Of a DNA stretch of 64,000 nt, positions 1-11,050 are shown piece by piece; the first letter of the stretch is position 1, and the number at the start of each line of letters is the position of its first letter. A program made the position numbers and the translations under genes. The DNA is from Takakia lepidozioides. Its lineage: Eukaryota > Plantae > Bryophyta. Under the pieces are notes generated by a model. That model saw only the letters and a program-made list of their open reading frames with translations. It searched no databases and was not told the origin of the DNA. The DNA lies in assembly GCA_030704615.1 (NCBI GenBank), contig CM060734.1, forward strand, positions 45,260,001 to 45,324,000. The letters are read 5' to 3'.

Positions 1-409
1 CTTTGGTGGCAAAGCTGAGAACTGGACTTGGGAATGCGAGCTTTCATTGTGTGAAAGATTGAAAGACCAAGCGAAAGGGCTGATTTGGCTTGGGGCAAAT
101 CAGTGCACTTTGTGGAGTATGGTGAGATTGGGTTTCAATCTCGAGCTTCAGCATTGAGAGGGCTCTTGTCATGGCAAGAGCAGGGCTGGAACAGGAGCTA
201 AGAGGTGCGGCAAGGCCATGGAATGTGCACCTAGGGTTTCAAAGCTTGGAAGAAGAGCTCTTGCACCACAAGAGAAGTGTCTTGTGGCTGGAAATGTAAG
301 CCTTAGGGTTTCAGGAGCTTGGCAAAGGATGTGGAGTGCTTAGTCTTGTCTTAGAGAGCATCAAGGAGCCAAGGAGCCAAGATAGGGGGCTGATATCTCT
401 TGTGTGAAG

Positions 410-790
410 AGGTTGCATGTGTGGAGCATGTATCCAGCTCATTGAAGCTTCCATCTTCAAGCTTGGAGGGCAAACAAGGAAGAGGGAAGGGCTGACTTCC
501 CTTATGTGAGGGCAATGCATGTGTGGAGCATGCTATCAGCCTGGTGAAGGCTTGCACTTTCAGGTGTGGGAGTGCAAGAAAGGAAGGAAGGGGCTGGTTT
601 CCCTGTAGGGCATGTGGAGCATGCTTTCAGCCTGATGAAGCTTGTATTTTCAGGTTTGTGGGTGCAAGAAATGAAGCAAAGGAGCTGATTCTCTTATGGT
701 GAGAGTGGGGCATGTGTGGAGCATGCCTTCAGCCCATTGAGGCTCTTGTTTTCAAGCTTTAGAGAGCTAGAACGGAAGGTCTAGGGCTGG
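410..790 (+). repeat. Imperfect ~100-bp tandem repeat (~4 copies)
   Basis: Core CATGTG(TG)GAGCATG...CAGC recurs at ~417, ~518, ~611 and ~711. Confidence 0.6.
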
Positions 791-1233
791 TTTCCACTTG
801 GAGTGAAAGAAAGCACTTGTAGGGCCTATGTGAGTTGGGGTTTCAACTTCAAGCTTGAAGGGAGCGCAACTCTTGAAGCAGCAGGTGTAGGGGGCTGGAA
901 TAGGCTCTAAGACAGATGCTATGGCCAAGGAGAGTGCTTGAATGAGTGCTCACAAGAGCTGGGAACCAGTAGGGCTTGGTTGTTTGCCATTGAGTTTAGT
1001 GGCGTGTTTGGGGAGGCTAAGTGAGAAAGAAGGCTTGGTTTGTGGCAACCACCTCATGGCTTAGGGCTACTATGGTGGTGTGTGGGAGCCGAAAGAGCAA
1101 GAATACCTTGCTGATTTACTCACAGCCGCCATAGCTCGGTGGAAAGAAGCCTAGAGTCCAAGAGACACAAACCCTAGCTTGGCGTGGCTAAACCCCTTAG
1201 AGAAATGGCTAAACTGCCAGAGCGGCCATGGAT

Positions 1234-2290
1234 GGGGCTGTGACGGGCTGTGCGGGGCTGTAACAGGCTGTGCCCAGTGGCCTGTGGGGCTGTGGCGGGC
1301 TGTGCCCTGTGGCCTGTGGGGCTGTGACGGGCTGTAACAGGCTGTGGCGAGCTGTGACGGGCTGTGCGGGGCTGTGACAGGCTGTGCCCAATGGCCTGTG
1401 GGGCTGTGACGGGCTGTGCCCAGTGGCCTGTGGGGCTGTGACGGGCTGTGAGGGGCTGTGACAGGCTGTGCCCATGGCCTTTGGGGCTGTGATGGGCTGT
1501 GAGGGGCTGTGACAGGCCGTGCTTGAGGCCTTTGAGGCTGTGAGGGGCTGTAAGGGGCTGTGACAGGCCGTGCCTGAGGCCTTTGGGTCTGTGACGGGCT
1601 GTGAGGGGCTGTGACAGGCCGTGCCCGAGGCCTTTGGGACTGTGACGGGCTGTGAGGGGCTGTGTCAGGCCGTGCCTAAGGCCTGTGGGGCTGTGACGGG
1701 CTGTGAGGGGCTGTGACAGGCTGTGCCCAGTTGGCTTGTGGGGCTGTGACGGGCTGTGAGGGGCTGTGACAGGCCGTGCCTGAGGCCTTTGGGGCTGTGA
1801 CGGGCTGTGAGGGGCTGTGACAGGCCATGCTTGAGGCCTTTGGGGCTGTGAGGGGCTGTGTCGGGCTGCGCCGGTGGCCTTCAGGGCTGTGAGGGGCTGT
1901 GCCGGGCTGCGCCGGTGGCCTTCGGGGCTGTGACGGTTGTGAGGGCCTGTGCCGGTGGCCTTCGGGGTTGTGACGGGCTGTGAGAGCCTGTGACGGCCTA
2001 TGCCGATGGCCTTGGGGCTGTGATGGGCTGTGAGGGGCTGTGACAGGCCGTGCCTGAGGCCTTTGGGGCTGTGACGGGCTGTGAGGGGCTGTGACAGGCC
2101 GTGCTTGAGGCCTTTGGGGCTGTGACGGGCTGTGAGGGGCTGTGTCAGGCCGTGCCTGAGGCCTGTGGGGCTGTGACGGGCTGTGACAGGCTGTGGCGAG
2201 CTGTGACGGGCTATGAGGGGCTGTGACAGGCTGTGCCCAGTGGCCTGTGGGACTGTGACGGTTGTGACCAGTGAGCTGTGTGGGCTTGTG
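1234..2290 (+). repeat. G-rich minisatellite: 10-bp (C/G)GGGCTGTGA units in ~39-51 bp higher-order repeats
   Basis: Directly visible. The 51-bp unit gives a 17-aa repeat (HGLSQPLTARHSPKGLR) in antisense ORF 1174-2373. Confidence 0.95.
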
Positions 2291-3005
2291 ATGGTCTGTG
2301 GTGGCCCGTGTTGATCTGTGGACGGCCTGTGCTGACTCGTGGAGGCACTGGTGGACTGCCTAAGGACTGGCATGTGGTCTGGAAGGCCAAATTTTGAAGC
2401 TCGTGGAGGGCGGTTTGAGGAGTATCTTCATGATATTCCCATGGTCATGCAAGTGAGGGAAGAGAGGAGAGGAAGAGTGTTGGGATGAGGGCATGTTGGG
2501 GTTAGGCATTGCTTTAGCTTCTCTTCCTCGTAGTTTCCACCCTCTCATTAGGCCAAGACCTTTCCGTAGGTGGAGGCAAGAGTCAGTCCGGGTTTGGGCT
2601 GGGGTGTCCTTGCAGGAGCAACACCGTGGAGTTGTTTTTGGTGTGGGGGAGTTGTCGTTCTGATTTCTTGTGTTTGGATCTCCTCCATACCTGCATGCTT
2701 GACTGTGCGCCATGCTAGTTTTGTGTGGGCGCTTGTTTTTATAGGTGATTGGTCCGGATTTGATCACCGGCCAGTCCTAGAGCATGATGTCGATGGTGAG
2801 GCTGGGGTGATGACCAGCCAGACCATCATTGTTTCTCCTGTGGTGAGGTTGGAGGTGATGACCAGCCAACCATAGGAGTGCTTGCGGTGGATGCAGGTAC
2901 AGGTGTAGGCTATGTTATGAACTTAGTATTCCAAACCATAAGCCGCAACAGGTTCTCTACCCGGTTACCTTGTGGAGAGGGGGTTAGGGATATGTTCATG
3001 ACCGG

Positions 3006-4250
3006 TTGAGTGTCAACACGGAGGTGCCACTAGTTGCTGGGGACAGTGCCGGTTTGAGCACTAGCGATACTAGTGGGTACACGAGACGAGGTGTGCGGTT
3101 TAGGCCACCTTCACCTCCTGTGTCTTCCACGGAAGGTTCTGATTCGGATTGTGAATCAGGAGGACTCATACCGGCGGTGCAAGTTGTTTCTTTGCCATTG
3201 TTGTGGGACACAATGGAGGAGATGTATGGAGCTACCAAGGGGCCACGAAGGTACTCTGGGGCAGTGGGCACCATCGAGTTGGATGATTTTATCCAAGAGT
3301 TTGATAGTTGGTGTGATTTGCAGCAAATGCGCAATCCACAACTATTTACGCCGTTCATGGCATGGAAAGGGCTGTTTCAGCACCTTGAAGGGCCGCCTAT
3401 GGATGATTACCATGAGTTCAGGCGGGGGCATGAGGTTGAGATCGAGGAGTGGAGGATGTACTGATCACCCGACTATGTCTCCATCACTAGGGGCACTAGA
3501 GCCACGAGGGCAGTGGCTACACCTGCCGCTGCAAACCGGCAGCTTCAGCAAGTAGCAGTAGAACTAGTGGACTGGTGGTACAGTAGCTACGACGTCCACC
3601 CAAGCCACTACCGCACCAGCACTAGCACCTGTGCCTGCCTTCAACCCTGTTGTGGAGTTCTTCGAAGAGTTGAGAGGGAACTACCAAGGGGTGAGGACAG
3701 AGAAGTTGCGGAGCTTGCAAGAGTTCCAACGAAAGCCAACCGAGAGCTTGAGGGAGGCTTTCACTCGCATGAGGCGCTTGATAAATGTAACCCAAGGGGT
3801 TACGAAGCTCAGGCAGTCCAATTCTGGTATGGGATATTGGACAAGGAGCTGAGGAGAAGGGTGCGGGATGCAACTCTCCTACAAGCGGCCCAACCCACCT
3901 TAGCAAATGTGTTTTTGCTGGCAAAGCGGATAGAGCTCAACATGGTGGAACGAGTGGTCATGGTGGGATTTGCTAAGGAGACACCACGGGGTAGTGGTGC
4001 TCCTAGCCAACCACTACCTCAACGTGCTCAAGGCAACAAGGGGGCTCAGGTGAAGCTCAGGGAATGGCAGAGAGGACCTCAGATGCAGGGGTCTCTCCCT
4101 TCATTTGCTGGCCAACAACGGGCGGAGGTGGTGTGCTGGACATGTGGAGGACCCCATGTCAAGAAGGATTGCCCAGAGGGAGGCAAAGGGTCGGCACATG
4201 CACAGCCTGCACAGTTGCAGTGTGGGCATTGTGGCGTGGGGAGGCAAGCC
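3006..4250 (+). pseudogene. Retrotransposon gag (frameshifted) with CCHC-like zinc knuckle
   Basis: Gag-like blocks (ELDDFIQEFDSW; LQEFQRKPTESLREAFTRM; AVQFWYGILDKELRRRV) split over ORFs 3006-3464, 3631-3852 and 3513-4379; knuckle CWTCGGPHVKKDC at ~4134. Confidence 0.75.
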
Positions 4251-4699
4251 GTCAGGCTAGGCTTCCTCAGTCATTCACATTGGCGGAGACAGTGTCGACG
4301 CCATCCATGGCACCTAGTTCTCGCCCGACGGTTACCGAGGCGGAGGTTACTATGCCATTGGGGAGAGCTACACGGGTAGCACCACTACCTAGTGTTGCCA
4401 AGACTGCGGCAGCTAGTGTGCTGCTAGGAGCGGCCACATCTGTGTGCCAGGCTCCATTGTTCTCGGCTACCATGATTGCGACGCAGGGGGTAAAACCAGC
4501 TGAGGTGTTCAGGCTGGCAGCTACACTCTGTGAGAGTGGGGAGGTTACTTCATCTTCTGCGGAGATAGTGGGAGATGTAGTGCCGGAAGGATCCTCGGAT
4601 TTGAGGGTCAAGACTGCCACAGCGGCGCCATGGCAAGCTGCAGCTGCCAAGTTGATGGAGCTGCCAGCTAGGCCAGCCATTGAGCGCGCCATGGTGACA

Positions 4700-5100
4700 C
4701 CTGGAGTTGTTATGTTAGACAACCAGGATGGCATTTTCTGTTTGAGTGGACCGGCAGGCAAGAGGTACCGGCCACTGCGGGTCTTGTTGGACTCGGGAGC
4801 TCAGCCATTGATGCTGTGCAGAGCTGCTATTGCAGGCTTGGGCCTCACGGAGGCGGATATGGAGCCTTGTCCTTTCCAGATACAGACGTCTCTGGGAGGA
4901 TCGGAGCAGGCTCGGGGCATGACACGGCGTGAGTTGGCTATCAGACTACGGCCGGATCACCCTACAGATGGCTCAGTGATGCGAGCCAAGGCCATTGTGA
5001 CAGACGCAGTCTCATACGATGTCCTGGTTGGTGGGGCAGTGTTGTACCACATGGGCTTCACCCTGGATTTTTGGGAGGAGTCAGCTTCCTATAGGCCTGC
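4700..5100 (+). pseudogene. Retropepsin aspartic protease domain of pol
   Basis: VLLDSGAQP (Asp codon 4790-4792) and downstream YDVLVG motif in ORF 4064-5962. Confidence 0.85.
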
Positions 5101-5509
5101 ATGGCAGTCAGGGGAGGGCCGGTGTGTGCAGCTCCCTGTGACGTTCATAGGAGGAGTTGCGGTTGCCCAGCGAGGCAAGATGCCGACACTAGCAGCATTC
5201 ACAGCGGCAGTGAGTTGGCCTAGAGAGTTGCTTGAGGGCAATGCTCATTCAGAGGATGTACCACCTCCGGGAGAGCAGGATGACATGTATGGTATGGCGG
5301 AGTTGCCTACCATGGTTGCTCAGACTCCATTGTGGGTCCATTGTGGGGCACGAGCAAGGATTTGCAGCGGGATGTTGATCGACGGGTGCAACAAGCCTGG
5401 GTGGAGGCTTTTGTACCGTCAGGAGAGGAGGAGAGTGTGGGGATTGCACCAGGACCACCTCAATTGTCTCCATTGGACGCCACACCTATTGTGTGGCAGT
5501 ATCCAGATG

Positions 5510-6480
5510 AAGGCATTTGTCTTCTGGACTTGTTTGGCGGGATCAGCACCGGATTGGCTGCTGTGTTACAAAGCAGGTGTACGAGTTCGGCGTTACCTGT
5601 ATGTGGAGAGGGATGAGACTGCACGACGCGTTTCACTTCGCCATGTTGCTCAGTTGGTGCAGCGGTACCCTGAGTTGTTGTCGGTGTCTACAATTCGTGG
5701 ATATCAGCAGGCCTTGCCAGCAGACATTTCGTTGCTGGGGGCGCAGGATTTGGAGCGGGTTGGCTCCATTGATCTGGTAGTGGCAGGTTGGCCCTGCCAA
5801 GGGCATTCATCAGCCGGGCATGGCAATGGATTGCGAGACTCGAGGTCGGGTCTGTTTTGGGAGATGGTGCGGGTTTTGCGCCACTTGCAGCTTCATCAAG
5901 CTGTATCTCCAGCATACATCTTGGAGAATGTGCCACTGATGGGCATTCTCGGGCCAGGGTGATGGCCAATGTGCATCAAGTCCGGTCGTGGCTTGGGTCA
6001 GCAGTGTTGCTAAATGCAGCTACAGTGGGGTCACGGGCTCATCGTCCACGGCTATGGTGGACTAACTTGATGCCACCCGCACTGCTCAAGCGTGCATTTG
6101 ATGGGGTGCAGCGGCCAGCACATCTCACAGTGGATAACATTCTGGACACAGGGAGGCAGTCTCAGCGTGTGAGACACGATGACCGTTCGCCTTTGGCAAT
6201 GGTCAACAAGGTGGGTCAACCACGAGCAGCATTACCTACACTGCTCAGCTTCCCACGATCGCATGCTTTCCGGGATAGTGGACCTGGCCTCCTGTGGGAT
6301 GCTCAGTTGCAGCAGTTAGTGGAGCCTAATGCTGACGAGCGTGAGCGGGCAATGGGTTTTACCACTGGTACCACGACGGTGTCGTCTCTTTCTGAGGCAT
6401 CACGTCGTCAAGTGTTGGGGCAAGCAATGGATCTCAATTGCTTGACCTGGATTATTAGCTTGGCTCTGGCTGAGCAACGC
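5510..6480 (+). pseudogene. C5 cytosine DNA methyltransferase domain (DNMT3-like) embedded in Gypsy pol; 2 frameshifts
   Basis: Linear motif order: I LLDLFGGIS (ORF 5332-5616); II YVERD, III ADI, IV AGWPCQG, VI ILENV (ORF 4064-5962); VIII AHRPRLWWTN, IX ERERAMGF, X RRQVLGQAM (ORF 5788-6762). Confidence 0.9.
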
Positions 6481-6899
6481 AGAGTGCGGAGTACACTTCC
6501 CTCAATGGTCTCTCTGCCTACCGAGATGGTACAAGCAGTGAGTGGGGGCGAGCATGTGAGGACCACGGGGTGCATGCATCCATGGCACACGTGGGAGGTG
6601 CTCGAGGTTCAGAGGGAGTTGGCAGCCAAGGCGGCTGTGATGGATGAGGTTGGGGATTCTTCTCGGGTTGAGGAGATCCTCAAGGATGAGATGATGGGGC
6701 AGGATGAGGCCTTGTCATTGACTGAGCAGGCAGGGAGTACTGCTCAAGAGGTTGCAACATAGCAACCACTGGACGCGTCCTCTACCTCTAAGCCCACTGG
6801 ACTTAAGGTTGCAGTTACGGAGGACAATTGGGAGCCTGACATTGGACCCATTGTCACCGGAGGAGAGAGACGACGTATACGGCGGTTCCTGAGGGCTTA

Positions 6900-8250
6900 T
6901 AGGAATTGCTTTGCCTTCAGTTTGAAGGACTTGGGAGCACTGAAGGGTCAAGAGATCCGTATTGAGTTGGCCACTGATACGCCAATCTTTCGGAGACCCT
7001 ATAGATACAGTGACATGGAGAGGTCTTTGATTCAGATGAGGACTCAAGATCTCTGGGAGGCAGGTTTGGTGGAGCTCTCTGGTGGAGAGTATGCTTCAGC
7101 CACAGTGATGCCAGCCAAGAAGGATGTCTATGGCAATTGGACGGAGAGACGTATGTACGGTGATTACCGGCCTGTAAATCGTCAGACCAAGTCCGATAAG
7201 TATGCCATGCCAACACCAGAGGAGATCTTTGATGCCATCGGGCATGCTAAGGCCTTTAGCACTTTGGATTTACGATCCGGATATGAATCAAGGAGGCGGA
7301 CAAGCAGAAGACGACATTCTGGGGGATCAATGAGCACGGCAAGGATTGCCTATATCAATGGCGGTTCTTACCATTTGGGCTTAAGAATGCGCTTGCAAAG
7401 TTTCAGAGAGTCATGGATAGGATTCTAGCAGGGGTGGACTTTGCTCGGTGCTACATAGATGATATCATCATCTTTAGTGTTACGATGGAGGAGCATGAGA
7501 GACACCTTCAGGTGGTATTGGAGCGCTTGAGAGCGCACGGATTGAAGTTGCATCCGGGAAGTGCAAGTTTTTCAACAACCAGATTGAGTATCTGGGTCAC
7601 ATGATATATCCTGGAGGATTGGGGGTACAGCAGACTAAGGTAGAGGCCATTGCACAAATTCCACGCCCCACAGATGTGAGCCGAGTTCGAGCTTTCATGG
7701 GGTTGGCAAACTATTATAGACGGTTTGTCAAGGGATTTAGTACCATTGCAAAGGCTCTAACCAAGCTGACCAAGGTGGACCAGGAGTGGCAGTGGGAAGA
7801 TAAGTAGGAACGAGCTTTTCAAGAGCTCAAGGCGAGGTTGACCTCGGCGCCTATCTTGAGACGACCTATCAGGGGGCGTCCCTTTCAGCTGCATACGGAT
7901 TGGAGCATGCTGGGGCTTGGAGCGGTGCTCACACAGGTGGATGATGAGGGAAGAGAGTTCGTAGTGGCTTACGCTAGCCGCTCGAACAACGTTGTAGAGG
8001 CTAAGTACAGCTCATATGAGGGAGAGTGCTTAGCTGCAGTGTGGGCCGTGGCACACTTCAGGTGCTATCTATACGGCAATCTTTTCACCCTTGTCACGGA
8101 TCACCAGCCACTCAAGTGGTTGATGGAGTCAGACAAGCTTACGGGGAAGCTTGCACGGTGGGCACTTATACTCCAGAAGTATGACTTTCAGGTTGTGCAT
8201 CGACCGGGTTTGATCAATCGGGATGCGGATGGATTGAGTCGCAATCCATG
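6900..8250 (+). pseudogene. Reverse transcriptase and RNase H of Gypsy pol (frameshifted)
   Basis: PIFRRPYR, RMYGDYRPVN, FSTLDLRSGY, YIDDIIIFS, FMGLANYYRRFV, TSAPIL, FQLHTDWS, YSSYEGECLA, TDHQPL, ADGLSR. Confidence 0.95.
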
Positions 8251-8599
8251 CATGAGCCAGCAGGATGACACTGGAGCTTGGTGGCATGGTGAGACGGACG
8301 AGGAGATGGTGTCGGGATGGCACGCATCTGCATTTTTGTGTATCTTAGCATCGGGAGGTCAGATTGGACCTACAACAGGGATGACTGTAGACGGAGTGTC
8401 TGAGGACCCTGAGGCTAGTGATGAGCTAGGTGGTGCCAGAGATATACATGAGGATTCGGCTGTGTTGGACTACCTCCGCACGGGAGACACGGCAGCCATT
8501 GTGACTGCCAGGGAGAGGGATCGGATCCTGCAACGAGCCAAGAGGTTCAAGTGGGAGGGGATACACCTACTTCGAGTGTGGGAGGATGGTCGGGTGAGG

Positions 8600-9700
8600 A
8601 TTGTGCCTCACCCCACACAGCGTGCACGGTTAGTGCGGCATGCCCATGAGGAGTTGGGGCATTTTGGAGTGCGACGCACTCACAGTTTACTGCAGGGGCA
8701 GTATTGGTGGCGTGGTATGCATACAGAGGTGCAACAATTCGTGGCTAGGTGCATGGTGTGTGACAGGATGCGTGCTTCATTCAACGCCCCTACACCACAG
8801 TTGCATCCTTTACCAATCATGGGATTGGGCTACAGGTGGAGTCTTGACTTCGCAGGACCGTTGCCACTGACTATGCGCCACCACAGATATGTGTTGGTGA
8901 TGGTGGAGCACTTCTCCAAGTGGATTGAGTTGGTTCCATTGCCTGACAAGGCTAGTGAGGGGGCTGCGTATGCATTCTTGGATCGTGTGCTTAGCCGATT
9001 TGGTGCTCCAGCTGAGGTACTCACGGACCAAGGGAGAGAGTTTTTGGAGGAGTTTCAGGCTTTGTGTGATAAAGCCTTGATAGACCACCGCACCACTTCT
9101 CGGGATCATCCTGAGGCCGATGGCTTAGCAGAGAGAGTTGTTCAGACGGTGAAGAGGGGTTTGCGCAAGTATGGCTTGCAGAAGGGACACCTAGGAGATT
9201 GGGATCTTCAGGTTCCTTGGTTAGCCATGGGCTACAGGTTCAGCAAACAAGCATCACTTGCCTCCTTCTCACCATATTTCCTTCTCTTTGGCCGAGAGCC
9301 GGATTTGCCTGCAACCATTCGTAGGGACACTGCTTAAGTCCTTAACCTTGACGATCCCGACGTGTGGGTACGTGCATGTGATCAGCGTGCAGAGTTGTTC
9401 AAGAAAGTGATGCCCATGGCTTTTGAGAACCTTGCCATTGCACAACACCGTGATACGTTGAGGTATGCCACTATACGTGGTGGAGGATATCGTCCTGGGG
9501 TTCGGAGGTTTAGCCCTGGTGACTATGTTTATTTGCAGCAGACTGCTCCTACGACTCTGGATGTTCCTGCAGGGCGTGTTATTCTGAGGGTTCGAGAGGT
9601 GTTGCCCTCAGGGGTCCTGATCTTGGAGGGTTAGGATGGCATGACTTGGAAGGACCATGTGCGTAATTGTGCGCCATGTCACCTTCCCAATGTCGATGGC
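8600..9700 (+). pseudogene. DDE integrase of Gypsy pol
   Basis: H-x4-H...C-x2-C zinc motif (HEELGH...CMVC), SLDFAGP, TDQGREF, DGLAERVV, SPYFLLFGREP. In-frame stops at 9335 and 9632. Confidence 0.95.
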
Positions 9701-9735
9701 ACCCAAACTTGGCAGTGGTACATGCAGGTTTGAGG

Positions 9736-9879
9736 TGCATGCTCTGTGGGTCTGCCAAAGGGGCAGCCACCATGCTGGTGTGTGATCGATGCTCAAGGGG
9801 TTGGCATATGGGATGCTTGGCACCACCTCTTGAGAAGGTTCCTGACGGAGATTGGTTGTGTCCACACTGCTTGGAATAG
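9736..9879 (+). pseudogene. PHD finger (C4HC3) at C-terminus of integrase
   Basis: CMLC...MLVCDRC...WHMGCLAPPLEKVPDGDWLCPHC in ORF 9667-9879. Confidence 0.9.
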
Positions 9880-10139
9880 TGGCAGTGGACATGACTGGAG
9901 GCAGCTAACAAGACATGGGAGGCCAAGCTCATAGAAGTCAATACATGAGATCCCAAGCTCAAGTTCACAGGTTGCAAGACGGCGACTAACGATGGGGCAA
10001 CTCTTGCACCCGGCCTCTTGATCTATCGAGTTTGAGTGTAGTAGGGATAGTGGTGGAGGACTTAGTGAGGCTATGGTCACTATCACATCTTGTGGCTACC
10101 TGGACTTAGAGGGACCTAAGCACCAGCTAGGGGGGCGAT

Positions 10140-10832
10140 TGTGTGGACTAATGACTGCCATAGTGGCAGCCTAGTGACTGACTAGTTGTAGCCTAGTGGT
10201 TGGACTAGTGGCTGGACTAGTGGTGGACTAGTGGTATACTAGTGTGTGGTGTGCACATGTGTTGTGTGGTTTTGGACAGCGATGTAGTTGTGTAGCGATA
10301 TGTATGCGCATGACAGCTGTCAAGTTATTTTACCACTAGTGTGAAACTAGCTAGGAAATAGCTAGCTTTTACATATTGACATTTGGGATTGGCCCAAGTG
10401 TCAATCCAGGGGTCAAGGCAGATTTAGGCCCTGGAGTGGTTATCTTCACGGCAAGCGCGGAAGGCTCATCTTTCTCGAGTTGAGCCTCAGCGCGCCTAGC
10501 TATGGCGCCGTAGTATGGATTCCCCATGGCGTGGGGTGCACTTGGCTTGACTTGTATTTGAGTGATAAGGTTATATATGCATGAGTTTATGCTTCAGCTT
10601 TGTGAGCTCGCATGAGCTTGTGCTTGTATTCTTCTTCGTTATCATTGTGTGGACTAGTGACTGCCATAGTGGCAGCCTAGTGACTGACTAGTTGTAGCCT
10701 AGTGGTTGGACTAGTGGCTGGACTAGTGGTGGACTAGTGGTATACTAGTGGTATACTAGTGTGTGGTGTGCACATGTGTTGTGTGGTTTTGGACAGCGAT
10801 GTAGTTGTGTAGCGATATGTATGCGCACGACA
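10140..10832 (+). repeat. 3' LTR region with A-B-A' structure (A 10140-10315, A' 10646-10832)
   Basis: Near-identical ~176/187-bp direct repeats, each TG...CA and rich in ACTAGT. Follows PPT-like AGCTAGGGGGGCGA. TATA-like TTATATAT at ~10571. Confidence 0.8.
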
Positions 10833-11050
10833 GGGGTTTTATGTTTTTAAATCGCGGTCATAGGAGCTATATGTTTTCAAAATGGAATAAAACCCCAGAA
10901 CCCTAACGCAAAATAAATGTATATCTACAAGCTCCAAGTTCCATATATCTATAGCTTTGATACTCTACAAAAGATTAACACGTTAGAGAAAAACAAAGTC
11001 ACAATAACCAACACCATCCAAAACACACAAATACCAAACAATAGTTGCAC

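Larger units (their letters stand above)
1..10832 (+). mobile_element. Degenerate Ty3/Gypsy LTR retrotransposon (gag-PR-DNMT-RT-RNaseH-INT-PHD, PPT, 3' LTR); 5' LTR not seen in window
   Basis: Domain order PR-RT-RH-INT. Motifs LLDSGA (PR), YIDD (RT), HTDWS...YEGEC...TDH...ADGLSR (RH), HHCC and D-D-E (INT). Purine-rich tract at ~10125-10138 precedes TG...CA repeats. Many stops and frameshifts. Inclusion of 1-3000 is inferred from continuity only. Confidence 0.9.

Noticed and set aside
1-20. TGGTGGCAAAGC as primer-binding site
   Set aside because: Only a partial resemblance to the tRNA-iMet PBS (TGGTATCAGAGC), and the preceding LTR end is outside the window.
1234-2290. CRISPR-like array
   Set aside because: Contiguous degenerate units without unique spacers; eukaryotic context; no cas genes.
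1174-2373. 399-aa antisense ORF as a real protein
   Set aside because: It lies in the minisatellite, whose minus strand is T-poor, so stops are rare by composition; the translation is a pure low-complexity repeat.
5510-6480. Host DRM/DNMT3 gene or bacterial restriction-modification MTase contaminant
   Set aside because: Intronless and continuous with protease and RT, motifs not permuted as in DRM, no host N-terminal domains, no adjacent restriction enzyme, and decayed like the rest of the element.
10140-10832. Independent TRIM with two 180-bp LTRs
   Set aside because: No PBS after the first repeat, no PPT before the second, and no matching TSD; the only PPT-like tract belongs to the upstream Gypsy.
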